DNA of 63,574 nucleotides, filler included, from Squatina squatina (lineage: Eukaryota): assembly GCA_031763465.1 (NCBI GenBank). It is 4 parts of 4 records of this genome, joined end to end, with 100 filler letters (N's around TTAATTAATTAA, not from the genome) between each part and the next. Parts side by side here need not be neighbours in the genome. Positions count along the whole stretch, not along the records: positions 1 to 13,553 come from JARFOE010000001.1; 3 more parts are not named here. The stretch is one strand, 5' to 3'. Position numbers and translations under genes: made by a program. Positions within the stretch are counted from its first letter, which is position 1, and each line of letters begins with the position of its first letter. Below the pieces are notes generated by a model. The model was not told where the DNA came from, searched no databases, and saw nothing but the letters and a program-made list of their open reading frames with translations. Of the stretch, positions 1 through 13,597 are shown in pieces.

Positions 1-679
1 GCAGCACAACAGCCCCATCACAGTTGTTTTGTTCGTCGAAGGCGATGTTTTCTGTTTTGGGAAATGCCTTGAAAACATTTAGGGATCCCAGGTTCAAAAG
101 CACTATTTAAACTGAGAAGAGAGTTAATGTGGAGCCAGGCCCCCAAGTATGTTAGGCAAAATAGCCTCTTACTGCGCTATAATATCTGAGATGGCTTAAT
201 TGTGAAAGACAGATTCGTTGAAAAAAAGTTGATGTAAATTTCTCTGTACCTAATTTGCAAATGATTGTATCAACTGTGTTGTTCCTTTGTTAAGGAGGTC
301 AGGCCATTAGTTTCTATTCAGACGTATTTTCAATATTTAGCACAATGCAGCAAATTGTTGAACGAATTGTTCATCATCAGCTATATTCTTTCTTCCAGCA
401 GAATAAATCTATCAGTTTGGTTTCTGGTATTTACAATTCAATTTGAGAGACTCCTAAATTTTACTGAATGCTTCTTACTCAGTCATGAGTATGAATCTTT
501 TTACTAATGCTGTGTTTCTAAACTTCTCTTCTCTTAGCTACAAAATTTGCAACTGTGTACAGAGTAGTATAATAACAGCATTGTTGTCTTGATAGCTATC
601 CAATTTATTGTTAAAATGTATAGATTCCAGAGTTATGTATCTGACCTGGGTACCTTATACCTTATATCTGCTTCAATCT

Positions 680-900
680 CTTAAGGCTTTGTCCTTGGCC
701 CATTTTTTTTTGTACTGTACATAACTGATATCCTTAATATTTCTGCTAAAGGAAAAAAAAACACTTTATGTATGCAGACAATGTTGTCTCACCAGGTAGT
801 GGCCCATCTGTATCTGTTGTGTCTGATGTCCTTTCAACTGAAATGTCCTCAATTTCTCAGCAGCTATCTTACCAGCACCTTATTCTTAACCTTGAGAAAG
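680..900 (+). mobile_element. Highly decayed non-LTR retrotransposon reverse-transcriptase fragment
   Basis: Reads (with frameshifts) GFVLGPFFFVLYITDIL...TLMYADN...LILNLEK, matching RT motifs QGSVLGPLLF.LYINDL / YADD / L.LN..K. Confidence 0.6.
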
Positions 901-1524
901 GAACAAAACAGATTCCTCTATAAAATGATCACGGTAAATTATCAATTTTAGCTGATGGTCAGTGCTCAGCTCTGTATGTTAATGTCACTGGTGACAGGGA
1001 GCTGACTTTGACAGAGTATCGCAGTTAAACAATGAGATGTAATTATCTACAAGCTGTGCCACTTTTTGCTGCCTACTTACAAAAAAAACATAATTTATGG
1101 GATAATTTATGACATCTGCCACCAGCAATTTATTTAATTCACATTCCTGAGGATTTCTTCTGGGTTTTGATTTTTAAAAAGCATTTTTTTTCTTCATTGT
1201 CACTTTGTTAGAATTATATTGTATAAAAATTTGAGATGGGTTCAGTAAAGGTGCTGGATTAACAGTGTCGGCAAGGATGGGNNNNNNNNNNNNNNNNNNN
1301 NNNNNNNNNNNNNNNNNNNNNNNNNNNNNNNNNNNNNNNNNNNNNNNNNNNNNNNNNNNNNNNNNNNNNNNNNNNNNNNNNGTGCGCAAGTTGCAACAGT
1401 GACTACACGCCAAAAGTGCTTTGTTGGCTATAAAGCACTTTGAGAGGTCGGTCGGTCGGTCCCTTCTCCTCCCACTGTTTAAAGGATTATTCCAAATTAA
1501 TCTTTTCCACATTGTCTTGTGCAA

Positions 1525-1990
1525 AGTCTCCTCATAACTCCGACCCTTGGAACTAGGTGTCTACCTTGTGGCTGTTCTCTGCATTGCCTGTAGTGCTTGA
1601 ATACTCCCCTGTTTTTCAGTGACTAAAACAGGACACACTACTCAAGGTGTGATCTGACCAGAACGCTATACAGTTTGATCATCACTTTCGCTGACTAGTA
1701 TTCTACTGTTTTGACTATGCAGTTGAACATTCAATTGGCTTTGTTGATAGCTGCTCTGGAATGGATGGGCAGTTTGAACATTGAACCTACAAAGACTCCA
1801 AGGTCTTTTTCAATTTAATTCTTAGATATTTCAACACCATTCATGAAGTATGTATAAAGTCATCGACCTGAACAGATGTTGCCTAACCTGCTGAGTATTT
1901 CCAGCGTTTTCTGTTTTCTTTTATGAAGTATGCATGTTGCCCATTTTTGCTTTCCATGTGCAATACTTTCCGAGGTTTTAAACTGTCACT
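1525..1990 (-). mobile_element. CR1-like LINE ORF2 C-terminal fragment with a short Penelope-type terminal insert at about 1865-1920
   Basis: The segment cacactactcaaggtgtgatctgaccagaacgctatacag reads on the reverse strand as LYSVLVRSHLE.CV, the CR1 RT C-terminal motif LVRPHLEYC. gatgttgcctaacctgctgagtatttccagc is a common elasmobranch Penelope terminal motif. Boundaries approximate. Confidence 0.6.
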
Positions 1991-4527
1991 GACTACTTCT
2001 AATCCCCTCTGTCTTTCCCCTGGTAACAATATATCTGACTGATTACCATTCGCATACTAGGTGCTTCTCAATGCTCCCTTTTGTTGACTTTGTTGATATG
2101 ATTAATGTTTGTTATTTACTACTAGTTGGACTGCGCAGTGAATCACATACATTGTCTCCCTCTGCCTGGGTTACAACACTACTAATTAATAAGGTGGAAA
2201 TCTGAACATCTCTCTAGAATTACAACACATTTACGAAGCCTAGGGTTAATCCTGTGGAATTACTACTAAAAGCAGCTTGCAAGTGTGCAGCTGTGCCAAG
2301 CTTCCATGCTATTAGGCTACTGTACAACAAAGATGATTTAAAAATACTTTCCTTTANNNNNNNNNNGAATCTGCACTGCCAATGATGTGAAAAACACTTG
2401 TGAATTTCACATCAGTTTCATAAGTTCAAATCAAATGCAGCTGAAACTGACATTAAAACAATGCACTCATTATAAAGGGAACAATAACAAAATACTTTAA
2501 AAAGCAAAACATTGACCGATGGAATAAACCATATAAAGTTCAGAGGCTCCCATATGTACCTTTTAAAAATTTGTTTCAGTATTTGTATTTCCTCAAAGCA
2601 GGCAGCATCCCAGTGCACCTGCACTGACCTATCTCTCCCACCTCAACATCCTGCCGATTGTGTGGGGTCGAAAATCATTCCACAACACAACTGTGAGAAC
2701 TGGATCAAAACCAGCATTTAATGATTGGGGAGAGTGATGTATATTAGCCGAGGGACTAATGAGTGCNNNNNNNNNNNNNNNNNNNNNNNNNNNNNNNNNN
2801 NNNNNNNNNNNNNNNNNNNNNNNNNNNNNNNNNNNNNNNNNNNNNNNNNNNNNNNNNNNNNNNNNNTGCAAGTAAGCATGACACCAGGAAAAGCAAAGCC
2901 ATTCTATGTAGTCATGGCTCACGATACCCATGTGCCATCCAGAGACAAATGCAGAGTGTAGTTTTAATGAAGCTCATATAACCAGATCAGATTAGGCACA
3001 GGGACCACCTTCATGGAGGGGGCAGGATTTGCAGCAGACCAGCTGCTCTTAAAGGGCTGCTGCTTGTTTTTAAAGGGAGCTGCAAGCAAAGTGCTATGTA
3101 CATTTATGGATTGGTGGAAGAATGGAGGTAAGAATAGAGGCAACAAAGCACCATCAGAATATGCTGCATTTGCAGCGACATCTCTTCATCTCCTTCTGAA
3201 TACGAACAATGTAATAAATGCCTGATTGGAGCTGTTCGAGCCTGTGACTGCAATCTCTCATGTTCATTGGTTGTGAGAGTGAATGTGAAAAACGCTTCAT
3301 GACTCAGGAAGACTGCCAAGGTGAAAACACCCACAATTTGTCTGCTTTAAATATACGCCACAGTATGTGTGCCACAAGAGTTTAGCAAGAACCTGATGCA
3401 GTTTCACTGAGGCACTCTGTTAAACATCCAAGCAACCCTGCACAGGAATTCATCCAGGACAGCTATGTAACTAAATTTCGGAGATTGTTTCCCCTTTAAT
3501 TATCCCCTTGCAAGCTTTATGCAAAGCTCACATTGCAAATTTGCCAATCTTAGCAAAAAAGATCCTGAGCTTAGAATATGAGATTCAGATCTATAGCCTA
3601 CTCACACGACTTCTTGGTCCCTTCACCCATTGCGCAACTACACAAGGGGCATTTACTGTTGGAATTTCTACTCCCATTTGCAAGCACCGATTACGAACAG
3701 CCTTGTAGCAAAACACCCACCCTCACCCTCAGGTTGCTAGAATAATTATCTTTTTTTTATTTGTCTTCAAATTGTGGGCATCCATCCCTACTTGCCCTGA
3801 GAAGGGGTTGGTAGGCCTTCTTCTATTATTTTTGAACTTCAAAGGGTATTAAAAGTCAACGACGTAGTGTGCAACCTTAGTCACATGTAAGCCAAACTAC
3901 AGCTGGATCGCAGGACCCCTTTCCTCACTGGGTGGGCTACTAAACAACAAACCCGCTTTTATGGTCATATTTTTTCCTGGTGTCAGCCCACAATTATCAG
4001 GCATTCAACAACTTTCCACAATGGGGTTTGAATTTATGAGCTTTGGGTTACTGGTCTAGCACTNNNNNNNNNNNNNNNNNNNNNNNNNNNNNNNNNNNNN
4101 NNNNNNNNNNNNNNNNNNNNNNNNNNNNNNNNNNNNNNNNNNNNNNNNNNNNNNNNNNNNNNNCATTCTAAACCGGGGAAGTGGGAACTCCTGGTGTAGG
4201 AAGTACCCATCCCCATCTCCACCTCCTTGGCATTGGTGGGCGTATATGGTTCTGCCAACTATAAGGGCGACTGGGAACTCCCAGAGTTGGCCTCTTTCTA
4301 CTAGGTTCTGTGGGGCTCCCACCGGAGTTATAGCAGGAATTTTATGGAGCCCTTAAGGAGATTTGGAACCAAAGGTGCTAAAGTGCAGAACATAGTGTCC
4401 AAATGCTAACAGGAATACCATGTATCACAGATAAAAGCTGCATATGTCTTGATCCCAAATTTATTTTTTAAAGAAATGAATCAGAATCTGGATTGCTTTA
4501 ATAAAATATTAACTTCTGATTGAAAAT

Positions 4528-4674
4528 TCAGGATAGAAAGACACAAACTTAAACTTCAATTAGCAACATTCAAATGGTTATGGGGCAAGGGCAGGGAAAG
4601 AGAACTTTTTCAGAGTGTTGGTTAAGAGCGATAGGCTGAATAGCCTCTTCCTGCACTGCAAGGCTCTATGATTC
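4528..4674 (+). mobile_element. CR1-like LINE 3' end
   Basis: ggctgaatagcctcttcctgcactg...ctatgattc tail, shared with other copies in the window. Confidence 0.55.
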
Positions 4675-7600
4675 AAAGTCTCTCATATTGCCATGGGTGC
4701 TGAGGAATGTAAAAAAAAAAAAATGGGTTTAAGTGTAAAGTGCACCAAAATATAAATCTGAGCATAAGGTCAAGGGTGGGGTTGTGCCAGGAGAAAAAGT
4801 TAACACTGCTTAAGGAAGAATGGGACTAATTTTCATCATCACAAAGAAGATAGAATCTGTGATGAACCCAGATGATCCATCTCATTCCACATTGTAAGCT
4901 TCTCCACATTACACTTCTGTTATCCTTTTGGTAGCTTGCCACTTCTGCAGCAACTTTAAAATGGCCCCTGCAACTGCAATCTGGGAGAGTTTGTCTGCTG
5001 TATTTGCTTCTTTGTACTGGAACAAGGTGAAAAAATCCACATCCCTGGCTATTATGTAGTTGCCTGTAGGCAGTCTGCTGTCAGAACAAATGGTTTGATT
5101 GTTTCCTTAGACAGATATGTGAGTTGGCTACTGCAAGAAAACGTCAGAGCTATTATCTGAGATGTCTGTCTCAACAAGAAGTCCTGTTTACCAGACTGAC
5201 AGGTGGAGAATTGTGAGCCTGGTACCCAAGAGACTGCCCTGTTACCTGTGAAAACAAGATTTGATTGATGAGATTTTGACTGCAAGAAATGGTTCACGGT
5301 GGTTTCTCTTGGATTAATTGTGGACGATATCTGTCCGTCTTCCAATAAAAACAAACTGCAAATGTTTGAAATCTGAAACAGAAACAGAAAATGCAGGAAA
5401 TACGTTACAGGTCGGTCAGCATCTGTAGAAGGAAAAGACAAATTCATGCTTTGAGAGGTTTTCAGCTTACTTTTTCATAGAAATCTCCGTTCCTCCCACA
5501 ATCGCAGTACCAAGCTCCAACTAGAATGATTTCAGTGTTTTTTCAGACAATGTATCTGGAAGATCATTCCAGGTATTGACCACTTTTTGCAAGAAGAAGG
5601 ACTTTCAGAATATCAAACATGTACTATGCTAATATAAATGCTGATATGACTTTATGTAGCATGTTTTGACAAATATATTTCAAATATCTGCATTGCTGAT
5701 AAATTTTACAGCGCATAGCAAAGTCTCATACTCCTCAGATACAGTAAAGAATTGTAATCCCTATCTTTTTCAGCCACATCTGCAAATATTATTTATCTTC
5801 ATTCCAACCAATAGCTGACGACTTGGATCAAGAGCCTTCATGACATCTGAGGAAGAGGTGGTCGTTATGCTCAGCTACTTTGGAGGTCTAATATTTTAAA
5901 AGGACTTCACCTGCTAGCTTAGGATCCTTCCCAGATCCACCACACAAAAAAATGTGGCCATCAAAGAACTGCTTAAAATACATGAAGAGTCACATCTGTT
6001 GTAGCAGTTGAGAGCTATCTCCTCAAAATTCTGTGTAGGTAATTTTGACTGTGTACGAGAGAGTAAAATGGCTGATAGTGAATCAGCAGCCCATTTTGCA
6101 TCTCTCCCGATTTACATTTCTGGAAATCAAAATTACCCCCAGTTTTCCAACACACCCAGCAGCAGCTAGGAAGTGGCCAAATTATTCAAGGCACAGAATA
6201 TGTTGTGGGCTCTGTGCATTCCTCCTTACACTGACTCCGCAATAATATATACCTTTGGCCTGGAAATTCCTGGGCATATCTACAGTGTAAGAGTGGAGTT
6301 GCACTATTTTTTCTCAAGGAAATTGATGTGTAACTGAGCTACGCTGGTTTTACGTCGAAACATCAACACGCGCAGATTACCTCAATTGTTGGTGCGCTTC
6401 TGAGATACAGCCACCAAAATCTTTGCTGCTCATTTACATTTCTNNNNNNNNNNNNNNNNNNNNNNNNNNNNNNNNNNNNNNNNNNNNNNNNNNNNNNNNN
6501 NNNNNNNNNNNNNNNNNNNNNNNNNNNNNNNNNNNNNNNNNNNCCCCCCCCCCCCCCCCCCCCCGGAGGCACTAACAGGGCGAAAACCAACTGAATTTCT
6601 CCCCCACAATGATTGAGAACCACTGACTCAGGATTTCATTTCCTGTGCAGAATGTTGCATGAATATTAAAATTTGGAGGCAATGAGTGGCAATTGCTTGT
6701 GGCATTAAGCTTTCCAAATTTCAAACTCAGGAAGCGTTTAAGATGTTGCAATGCCTGTAAAAACAAATTCCAAAATGACTAAAGGCATCCTGTTTTTAAA
6801 ACACTAATGACTCAGGAGAAGAGCATATACCTAAAGGATCTAAAGACAACAAATCAGTTTCATAGTCTGGACTGGGACTCTGAGCTATCATTGATTTTGA
6901 TTTAACAAGCAGATGCTGTCTGATCACTCTGAAGAAGTAAAAGAGAATTTGGAGTATCATGCCTCCAGGAGTTACGTCTTGCCAGTACAGATGCCAGGGA
7001 AGGTAACCATAGACTCTCTCTCTCTTTGCCATTAGTGTATTTCTAATCCCTGCTGACACCACTGCAGGCATCAGACAGTCAATAACGTCAAATTCAATTG
7101 CTCAGGCTACTGCTACAGTGCGCAGCTGTTTTTCTTCTAACTTCCACAGAAGCAAATGAAAAATGAAAATAATTCTTTACAATTGCTGGACATCATAGTA
7201 TATTGGAGCCAATCATTTTGTTGCTTACCATTCAGCTATTAATTGTGATTATTTGCCAATCAGAGAAAACTTCNNNNNNNNNNNNNNNNNNNNNNNNNNN
7301 NNNNNNNNNNNNNNNNNNNNNNNNNNNNNNNNNNNNNNNNNNNNNNNNNNNNNNNNNNNNNNNNNNNNNNNNNTACACAGCAGGTCGATCAACATATGTA
7401 TCCTTCATCAGAGCTGAAAGCTAAAAGATAAGTAGCCATTTTAATGAGGTTGGAAAAATAGTGAGAGTGAAAAGGGAGGGGGAGAAATAGCAGATACTCC
7501 AATCACAGAGAAATAGTTAAGGTTGAATGACCTGTATACTGATTTAATAGGTAAGTGTTAGATGATATAAATAATCACCCCAATGGAGAGACATTAAAAC

Positions 7601-7814
7601 AACAAAAGAATGTGTAAATAGTCAAGAGGTCAAAAAATGCAGCAAAGACCATGACAAACAAAATTGCCAAGAAAAGGGATGATGTTGGGGTGCCTTTATA
7701 AAAGTAGATTATCGTCTTCTTGCTGTAAAATAAAATTGTATACTTTTAAATATTTGTGTGGAACCAGACCTCTGCACAGCTATGAGATCAGTGAAAAATC
7801 CTCAAAGTGTTCTG

Positions 7815-7991
7815 AGTCCAATCCCTGAGGAGCCATTCTGGCAGCCTGCCTTCACCTTCAGATAGGGCTGGCAGAGCTGATTGTTTTAGAATGAAAGAAT
7901 CACGACTGCTCCCTGGGAAAGGGACATTGACCTGCATAATGTGGTGCTGATCATCACTGGCCAGTTGCACATTGATGGAGTGGAACACTTT
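7815..7991 (-). mobile_element. PIF/Harbinger transposase (HARBI1-like DDE) fragment
   Basis: KVFHSINVQLASDDQHHIMQVNVPFPGSSRDSFILKQSALPALSEGEGRLPEWLLRD matches the Harbinger core KGFHSINVQ.VCD......V.A.FPGS.HD..IL.........WLLGD. Confidence 0.8.
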
Positions 7992-9639
7992 TCAGCAATA
8001 GCAATGACTTGCATTTATGTAGCACCTTTAACATATAAAAATGCCCCAAGGGGCCTCACAGAGGCGTAATCAGACAAAAATGGGCACTGAGCCAAAGATG
8101 GAGTTTTCATTTTTCAGTATATGTAGGCAAAGGAATTGTATCTAGGGGCCGAGATCAATAACCCCCTTCATTTTGGAAAATCCAGCAATGTGATTAACTT
8201 TGTCATGCTGCTGTGCCTGGGCAGTGAAAAAAATATCGAGTGATTTGCCCCTGCTAAAAGGTAACCTATTTGATACATCTGCGCATTACCCATTGGCTTA
8301 TATTGCAGATGTCCCTTGTAGTGCTCTGGAAGGAGTCAGCCTCATTAAAGTTAAGGGTGGTAGAAAACATGACGGCCACTGTGGTTAAAGTTTCTTCAGA
8401 TCTGCTGGCAACAGATAGCACAGTTCTGTAACTACCTTCCTGCTGAAGCAGAGCCTGTGAAGGCAGGTCTCTGACATTGNNNNNNNNNNNNNNNNNNNNN
8501 NNNNNNNNNNNNNNNNNNNNNNNNNNNNNNNNNNNNNNNNNNNNNNNNNNNNNNNNNNNNNNNNNNNNNNNNNNNNNNNAGTGTTATGGCAGCTATTAAA
8601 AAGAGTAGACCATGATTCCTTTTACCTGGTCTGGATGCGAACCAAAGGCCCCAGAAGCAAATAAAGAGTGAAGAAAAAAGGGTAATTTTTTTCTGTAATG
8701 TCTTTTTTTTATATTAAAAAAATGGCACAGACAATTCTTTGAAGATTTTTGTTAAAAAATTGAAACTGAACATATACATTTAATCATCTAACTAATACAA
8801 TAGAATACAATGGCTGCATACAGGAACATATTTAGTGCTTGAGATTCTATGAATCTAACCCAATTACACAGTTATGAAGTATATGGTAAATAAAACTGAC
8901 TGTATTAAAGCACACAATAAGCATTTCTTGGTAAAATGGAATGACAGTCACTTTATACGCCTAGAAATATTCACAGTTTTGCTGTTGTCAACGGTTTCCG
9001 TGACTTTAATTTTCACTGGTAAGCAGAACTCTCATATAACATTGTCAAAAATGAAATAAAGTTATGTCATTGAATATTAAAGCAGTAAGTGAGTGAATGC
9101 CAAAACAAATTTCTTTGAATTTCATGCTGTTATTACTAAACAGCCAATTAAATACATTTCATTCTATCAAACACTGCAGTACTGCTGACCTGAAAATTGC
9201 AAAAATTAATAGAGCAAATGATGTTTGGGTTTGCAGAATGCCAATGTGATTTTTTAACTGCTGAGATAGTGATTATATTCTTCTGTGTATTTTATTTTTT
9301 TTATCTTTAAGGACAGAATTTTCTTCATTCCTTCATTTTAGTTAAAAAAAATAATCACCATAAAGCGGGAATGCCACTTTAAATTAGGGAATATAATTCA
9401 TATTTATGTCCCTTACATTAGCAAATGAAAGACGAGATATTACCCGTTTCTTTGTCCTCACGAAGGTAAGAGCTGACAGCTCCGGGGGAAAAAAAATTGG
9501 TCCAGTTTGCACTTAGTATCTATAATGCTACTAGCAAGTATTGCCAAAAGAACTGTGACATGACCTAGTTGTAGTGCTGACCTCTACACTTTAACTACAA
9601 TTCAACCTCAGATTGCAACCCAGCGGCATTATTACGGCA

Positions 9640-10038
9640 CTTTCCCTTTCCACAATTATTATACAAGGGCTAGTTTTCTTTACTTTTTCTTCTAAATTTC
9701 TACCCTCCTCTCTTGAAGGCACAAGCTCATGGTGGGATAGAGATACACGGTTGCCTTCTGCTATTTTGCCCAGGTGGATATTCTTAATGTGTGGAGCCAA
9801 ATAGTGCCAACAGATTATGGGCGGAGCTTCACACCCAAGCCCAATCTGCCCTCATCCCATGCTCACATATGTACAATTCCAGCTGGGGTCACTAGGTAGC
9901 GGTCAGGAGGAAGAACTAAGGTAGATCTTTTACTCCCTAACTCAGAAGTACTAAAGTTAATTGTTGCACCCTATCCACTGTCCTGTTTGAGTTCAGCTAG
10001 TTCAGCACAGAATGGGGCTTGAAATGGACTCCCGGTCT
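9640..10038 (-). mobile_element. tRNA-derived SINE-like repeat (decayed)
   Basis: The gagttcagctagttcagcacaga...ggggcttgaa head-like segment resembles 52530-52780 in this window. Family not named. Confidence 0.4.
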
Positions 10039-10179
10039 NNNNNNNNNNNNNNNNNNNNNNNNNNNNNNNNNNNNNNNNNNNNNNNNNNNNNNNNNNNNNN
10101 NNNNNNNNNNNNNNNNNNNNNNNNNNNNNNNNNNNNNNATAAACCTCATCAAATAGTTCCAGCTCCAAGTTCCCTTCCA

Positions 10180-10345
10180 AGTCACACACCAACCCAACTT
10201 GGACATACCATTATGGGAGAACCCTCACCACATGGACGGCAGCGTTTCAAGAAGACCCACCAACACCTTCAAAAGGGCAACTAGCGATGGGCAATAAATG
10301 CCGTCTTTGCCAGCGACGTCCACATCCCATGTATGAATTTGAAAA
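10180..10345 (+). mobile_element. LINE 3' end (gggcaataaatgc...gccagcgacgtccacatcccatg tail)
   Basis: The same tail occurs reversed at about 20515-20780 and 3755-3830. Confidence 0.6.
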
Positions 10346-11944
10346 ATAATGAACAGGGGAATTTTACTCCGTTTTGACTAGCATGTTACAAATATAAAGC
10401 AAAATTTCACCCTGTGTAATTATTCTTTTCTTGCTGTAAACACATGTTCTGATACATGTCAGATGGATAACAATGAAAATCCAGAAGNNNNNNNNNNNNT
10501 AAACATAGAAGCCCTCAGCTGCTATAAGAAATCATTGAGTTAATCTGAGTCCAATTTGACCAAGAATTTCCATCTCCTCCATGAGGGAAACAGTACTGAG
10601 AGTCTCATCAGTCTGGTAATGTTTCAACAATACTGTATTTTACATACAGTACAAAAAGTTTGGAAGCACTGAATATTACATTAATCTTAATGAATTTGCT
10701 AATCACTGTATGTAAAGCAATTAATTAACATGAATAAAGCCATGTGTCACTATTTATCATCTGCTTTTGAACTGCATAAATTATCTTGTGCTTCTCTGGC
10801 ATCTACAACTCTCCTTAGGCCAAAACTATTAATGGAACAATGTCCTTCATGTCTCCATAAATGAGTTATCCACATTAAGCATTACTGCATACATCCCTTA
10901 GGTTAGAATCAGTTTTGGTCGAGGACAATGACAAGACATAGGTGGATGCTAAGTCCTCAGATAAGGAGGAACCAAGACTAGCAATCAAAGATGAGCCTGC
11001 ACAATGCTACCAAGTACCAGAGAGGCACTTTACTATTCTCAGGGATTTCACAGAGACTTCTTTGGAGTACATCACAAAGTTTAGAGCAAATAATAGAAGA
11101 AAATGAAATAGCAAATTAGACTGTAAAGTTAATGTAGATATCAGTTAACTGTCTTCATTACTTCCTGCGACAGTTAAGAAAAAGGAATTACAGAATTAGC
11201 CCGTCATGCTTGTGACAGCTCTTTGAAAGAGCTGTCCAAATTAGTCCTACACACCCACGTTTTCCCCACAACCCTGCAAATGAGNNNNNNNNNNNNNNNN
11301 NNNNNNNNNNNNNNNNNNNNNNNNNNNNNNNNNNNNNNNNNNNNNNNNNNNNNNNNNNNNNNNNNNNNNNNNNNNNNNNNNNNNTTCTTTAGGCAGCTGA
11401 ATGTCAGTATTCCTAATTATATGGTTAAACCACTCTTTCACAACTTCAACATGTGAAAGAAGATGTAGATGAATTTATACCATGTTTTGTGTTTGACATT
11501 TGTACTGATAACTCTGACATTCCACTTAATCCAATAGATGGCCTTGACATTGACATTCTAAGAAAAGCTATCCAGTGTCCTGCAAATGATTGCTTGTTTA
11601 AGCACTCTGCAATAATGAATCTTAGAATATTTTATCTTGAAANNNNNNNNNNTTCATATTCCATCATCTTTGAACAAGAATCCTGTCTGAATGTGGCAGC
11701 ATAAGTGCAACACAAAGATCTATAGTGGAGACACAAAGGTCAGGTGAAAAATTAGCTTGGACAATGATGTCAGTAAATGAGAATGCGGTGAATAATTGCT
11801 GATGCAAATCTTAATTTCTGATCACCATTAATATTAAGGTAGCTGGTCATTGACCTAAATAAGTAAAAAGCAATGCTCAGATTAGGACAGCTGTCATTGT
11901 GATGGGAGCCTTTGAGCTATCTTTGACGATAATATAATTCTGTT

Positions 11945-12258
11945 AGCCTTGGCTCAGTGGTCGACTCTCATCTCAGTGTCAGAAGGTTGCGGGCTCAAAC
12001 CCCACTCCAGGACTTCTAGGATGATATTTCAGTGCTGTACTGAAGGAGTGCTGTATTGCCAAAGGTGCCGTATTTGAGGTAAAATGTTAAACTGAGGCCG
12101 TCTACCCACTCAGGTGTCTGTAGTTGAAGCGCAGTTCTCCTTGTGTCTCATATTTACCGACAAAACAACAGTGACTACATTTCAAAAGTAATTCATTGGC
12201 TCTAAAGCACATTGGGACATCTTGAGGACATCATGAACACTATATAAATGCAAATTCT
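11945..12258 (+). mobile_element. SacSINE1/DeuSINE-like tRNA-derived SINE
   Basis: A-box tggctcagtgg, B-box-like gggctcaaaccc, central gtactgaaggagtgctg, and 3' acaacagtgactacatttcaaaagtaattcattggct...tatataaatgcaa tail, as in shark and amniote Deu-domain SINEs. Confidence 0.75.
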
Positions 12259-13597
12259 NNNNNNNNNNNNNNNNNNNNNNNNNNNNNNNNNNNNNNNNNN
12301 NNNNNNNNNNNNNNNNNNNNNNNNNNNNNNNNNNNNNNNNNNNNNNNNNNNNNNNNNNATTAAGCATACATCTGAAGTCGGCCCCAGTAGACAGTTCTCC
12401 CTCCAGACACTTCAATAAAATAATTAATTCAACTGCCATCTCAAAACTAAGAAAAATTACATATAAAATCAACATGCACAATTCATTATACCCAAAATTA
12501 ATACCCATAAACTAATGATCTGCAAAGGCACATCCAAGTGTGGAAAACTTCTGGAATATTGTTCTTTAATACTTAAAAAAAGCTATCATTCTAAGGAAAA
12601 CAAATTATTCCTAATGTTACATAAAAACATTAGGATGTTATTGCCCCTGTCCCTACTGGTACCTCTCCAGTATCCATTGACTCCATTATAATGATCATCC
12701 CTTTCTCATACATCTCCTCTTTAGTCTCTCTAAGAACGCTGGGATAAATATCATCTATCCCTGGGGATTTATCTGTTTTGAACCCTTTTAGTCTATTAGG
12801 AACAATGGCACATTATGATCATGCTCAAAAGCAGCATCAATAATGTCTAGGATTGCTGGCAGTGAAATATAAAATGGACCTATGTTGATAATTAGCTAAA
12901 CACTTTCATTGGAATAATGCTTTAAAGAATAATGTATTCCTTCGACAACAACTGAATGGTGAAGCTAACATGGTTCCCACAATGTATTAGTCAGGATTGA
13001 AAAAAAAATCCAGACTAAACTGCCCCAATGTTGCGTGGATCCCCAGAGGGGACATATATTTACCAATTTCTAAAAGTTAAGCAGTTTTTAAAACTGTATA
13101 ATTAAGCTCTATCTTCTATTTACCTGGTGTGTATGAGGCATTAAGCAGTTCCCATGCTGATTAACTGCCAAGACAGCAGGCCAAGGCATTTAATCAAAGT
13201 TTGGGAGCCATTTATTATTGAGGGCAATCTAAATAAACAGAAAAAAATCACAATATTTCTATGCATCAGAAAAAAGACCTATAACTTTAAAATAATAAAA
13301 TTATAATTTTGTGACTAAATTCCCACTCATCAATTATCATTTTTGCCAGTCAGTAATACTTGGAATACCAAGTTTATCAGCTGTAGATTCTGGGAAATTC
13401 TTAAGTACAAGAGTTTAATCTTCTCCCAGTATATGTGTAACTACAAACTGACTCCAAATTAAGGACCCTTGCGACTTTGTCTGAATCGTAGGGAACCACC
13501 CTTACTGGATCAGTAGTACTGGGATATGTTAAAATTCAGGGAAAACAGAGGGANNNNNNNNNNNNNNNNNNNNNNNNNNNNNNNNNNNNNNNNNNNN

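Noticed and set aside
6544-6564. Poly-C run
   Set aside because: It is a homopolymer at a contig end and probably caused the assembly break.
7375-7425. Possible Penelope-associated hammerhead ribozyme (CTGATGA on the minus strand)
   Set aside because: The downstream GAAA core and stem II are missing. Related copies at about 1860-1920 and 5345-5460 are also degenerate.
11945-12010. tRNA-like A/B boxes as a tRNA gene
   Set aside because: The sequence continues into a SINE body and LINE-derived tail and forms no complete cloverleaf.
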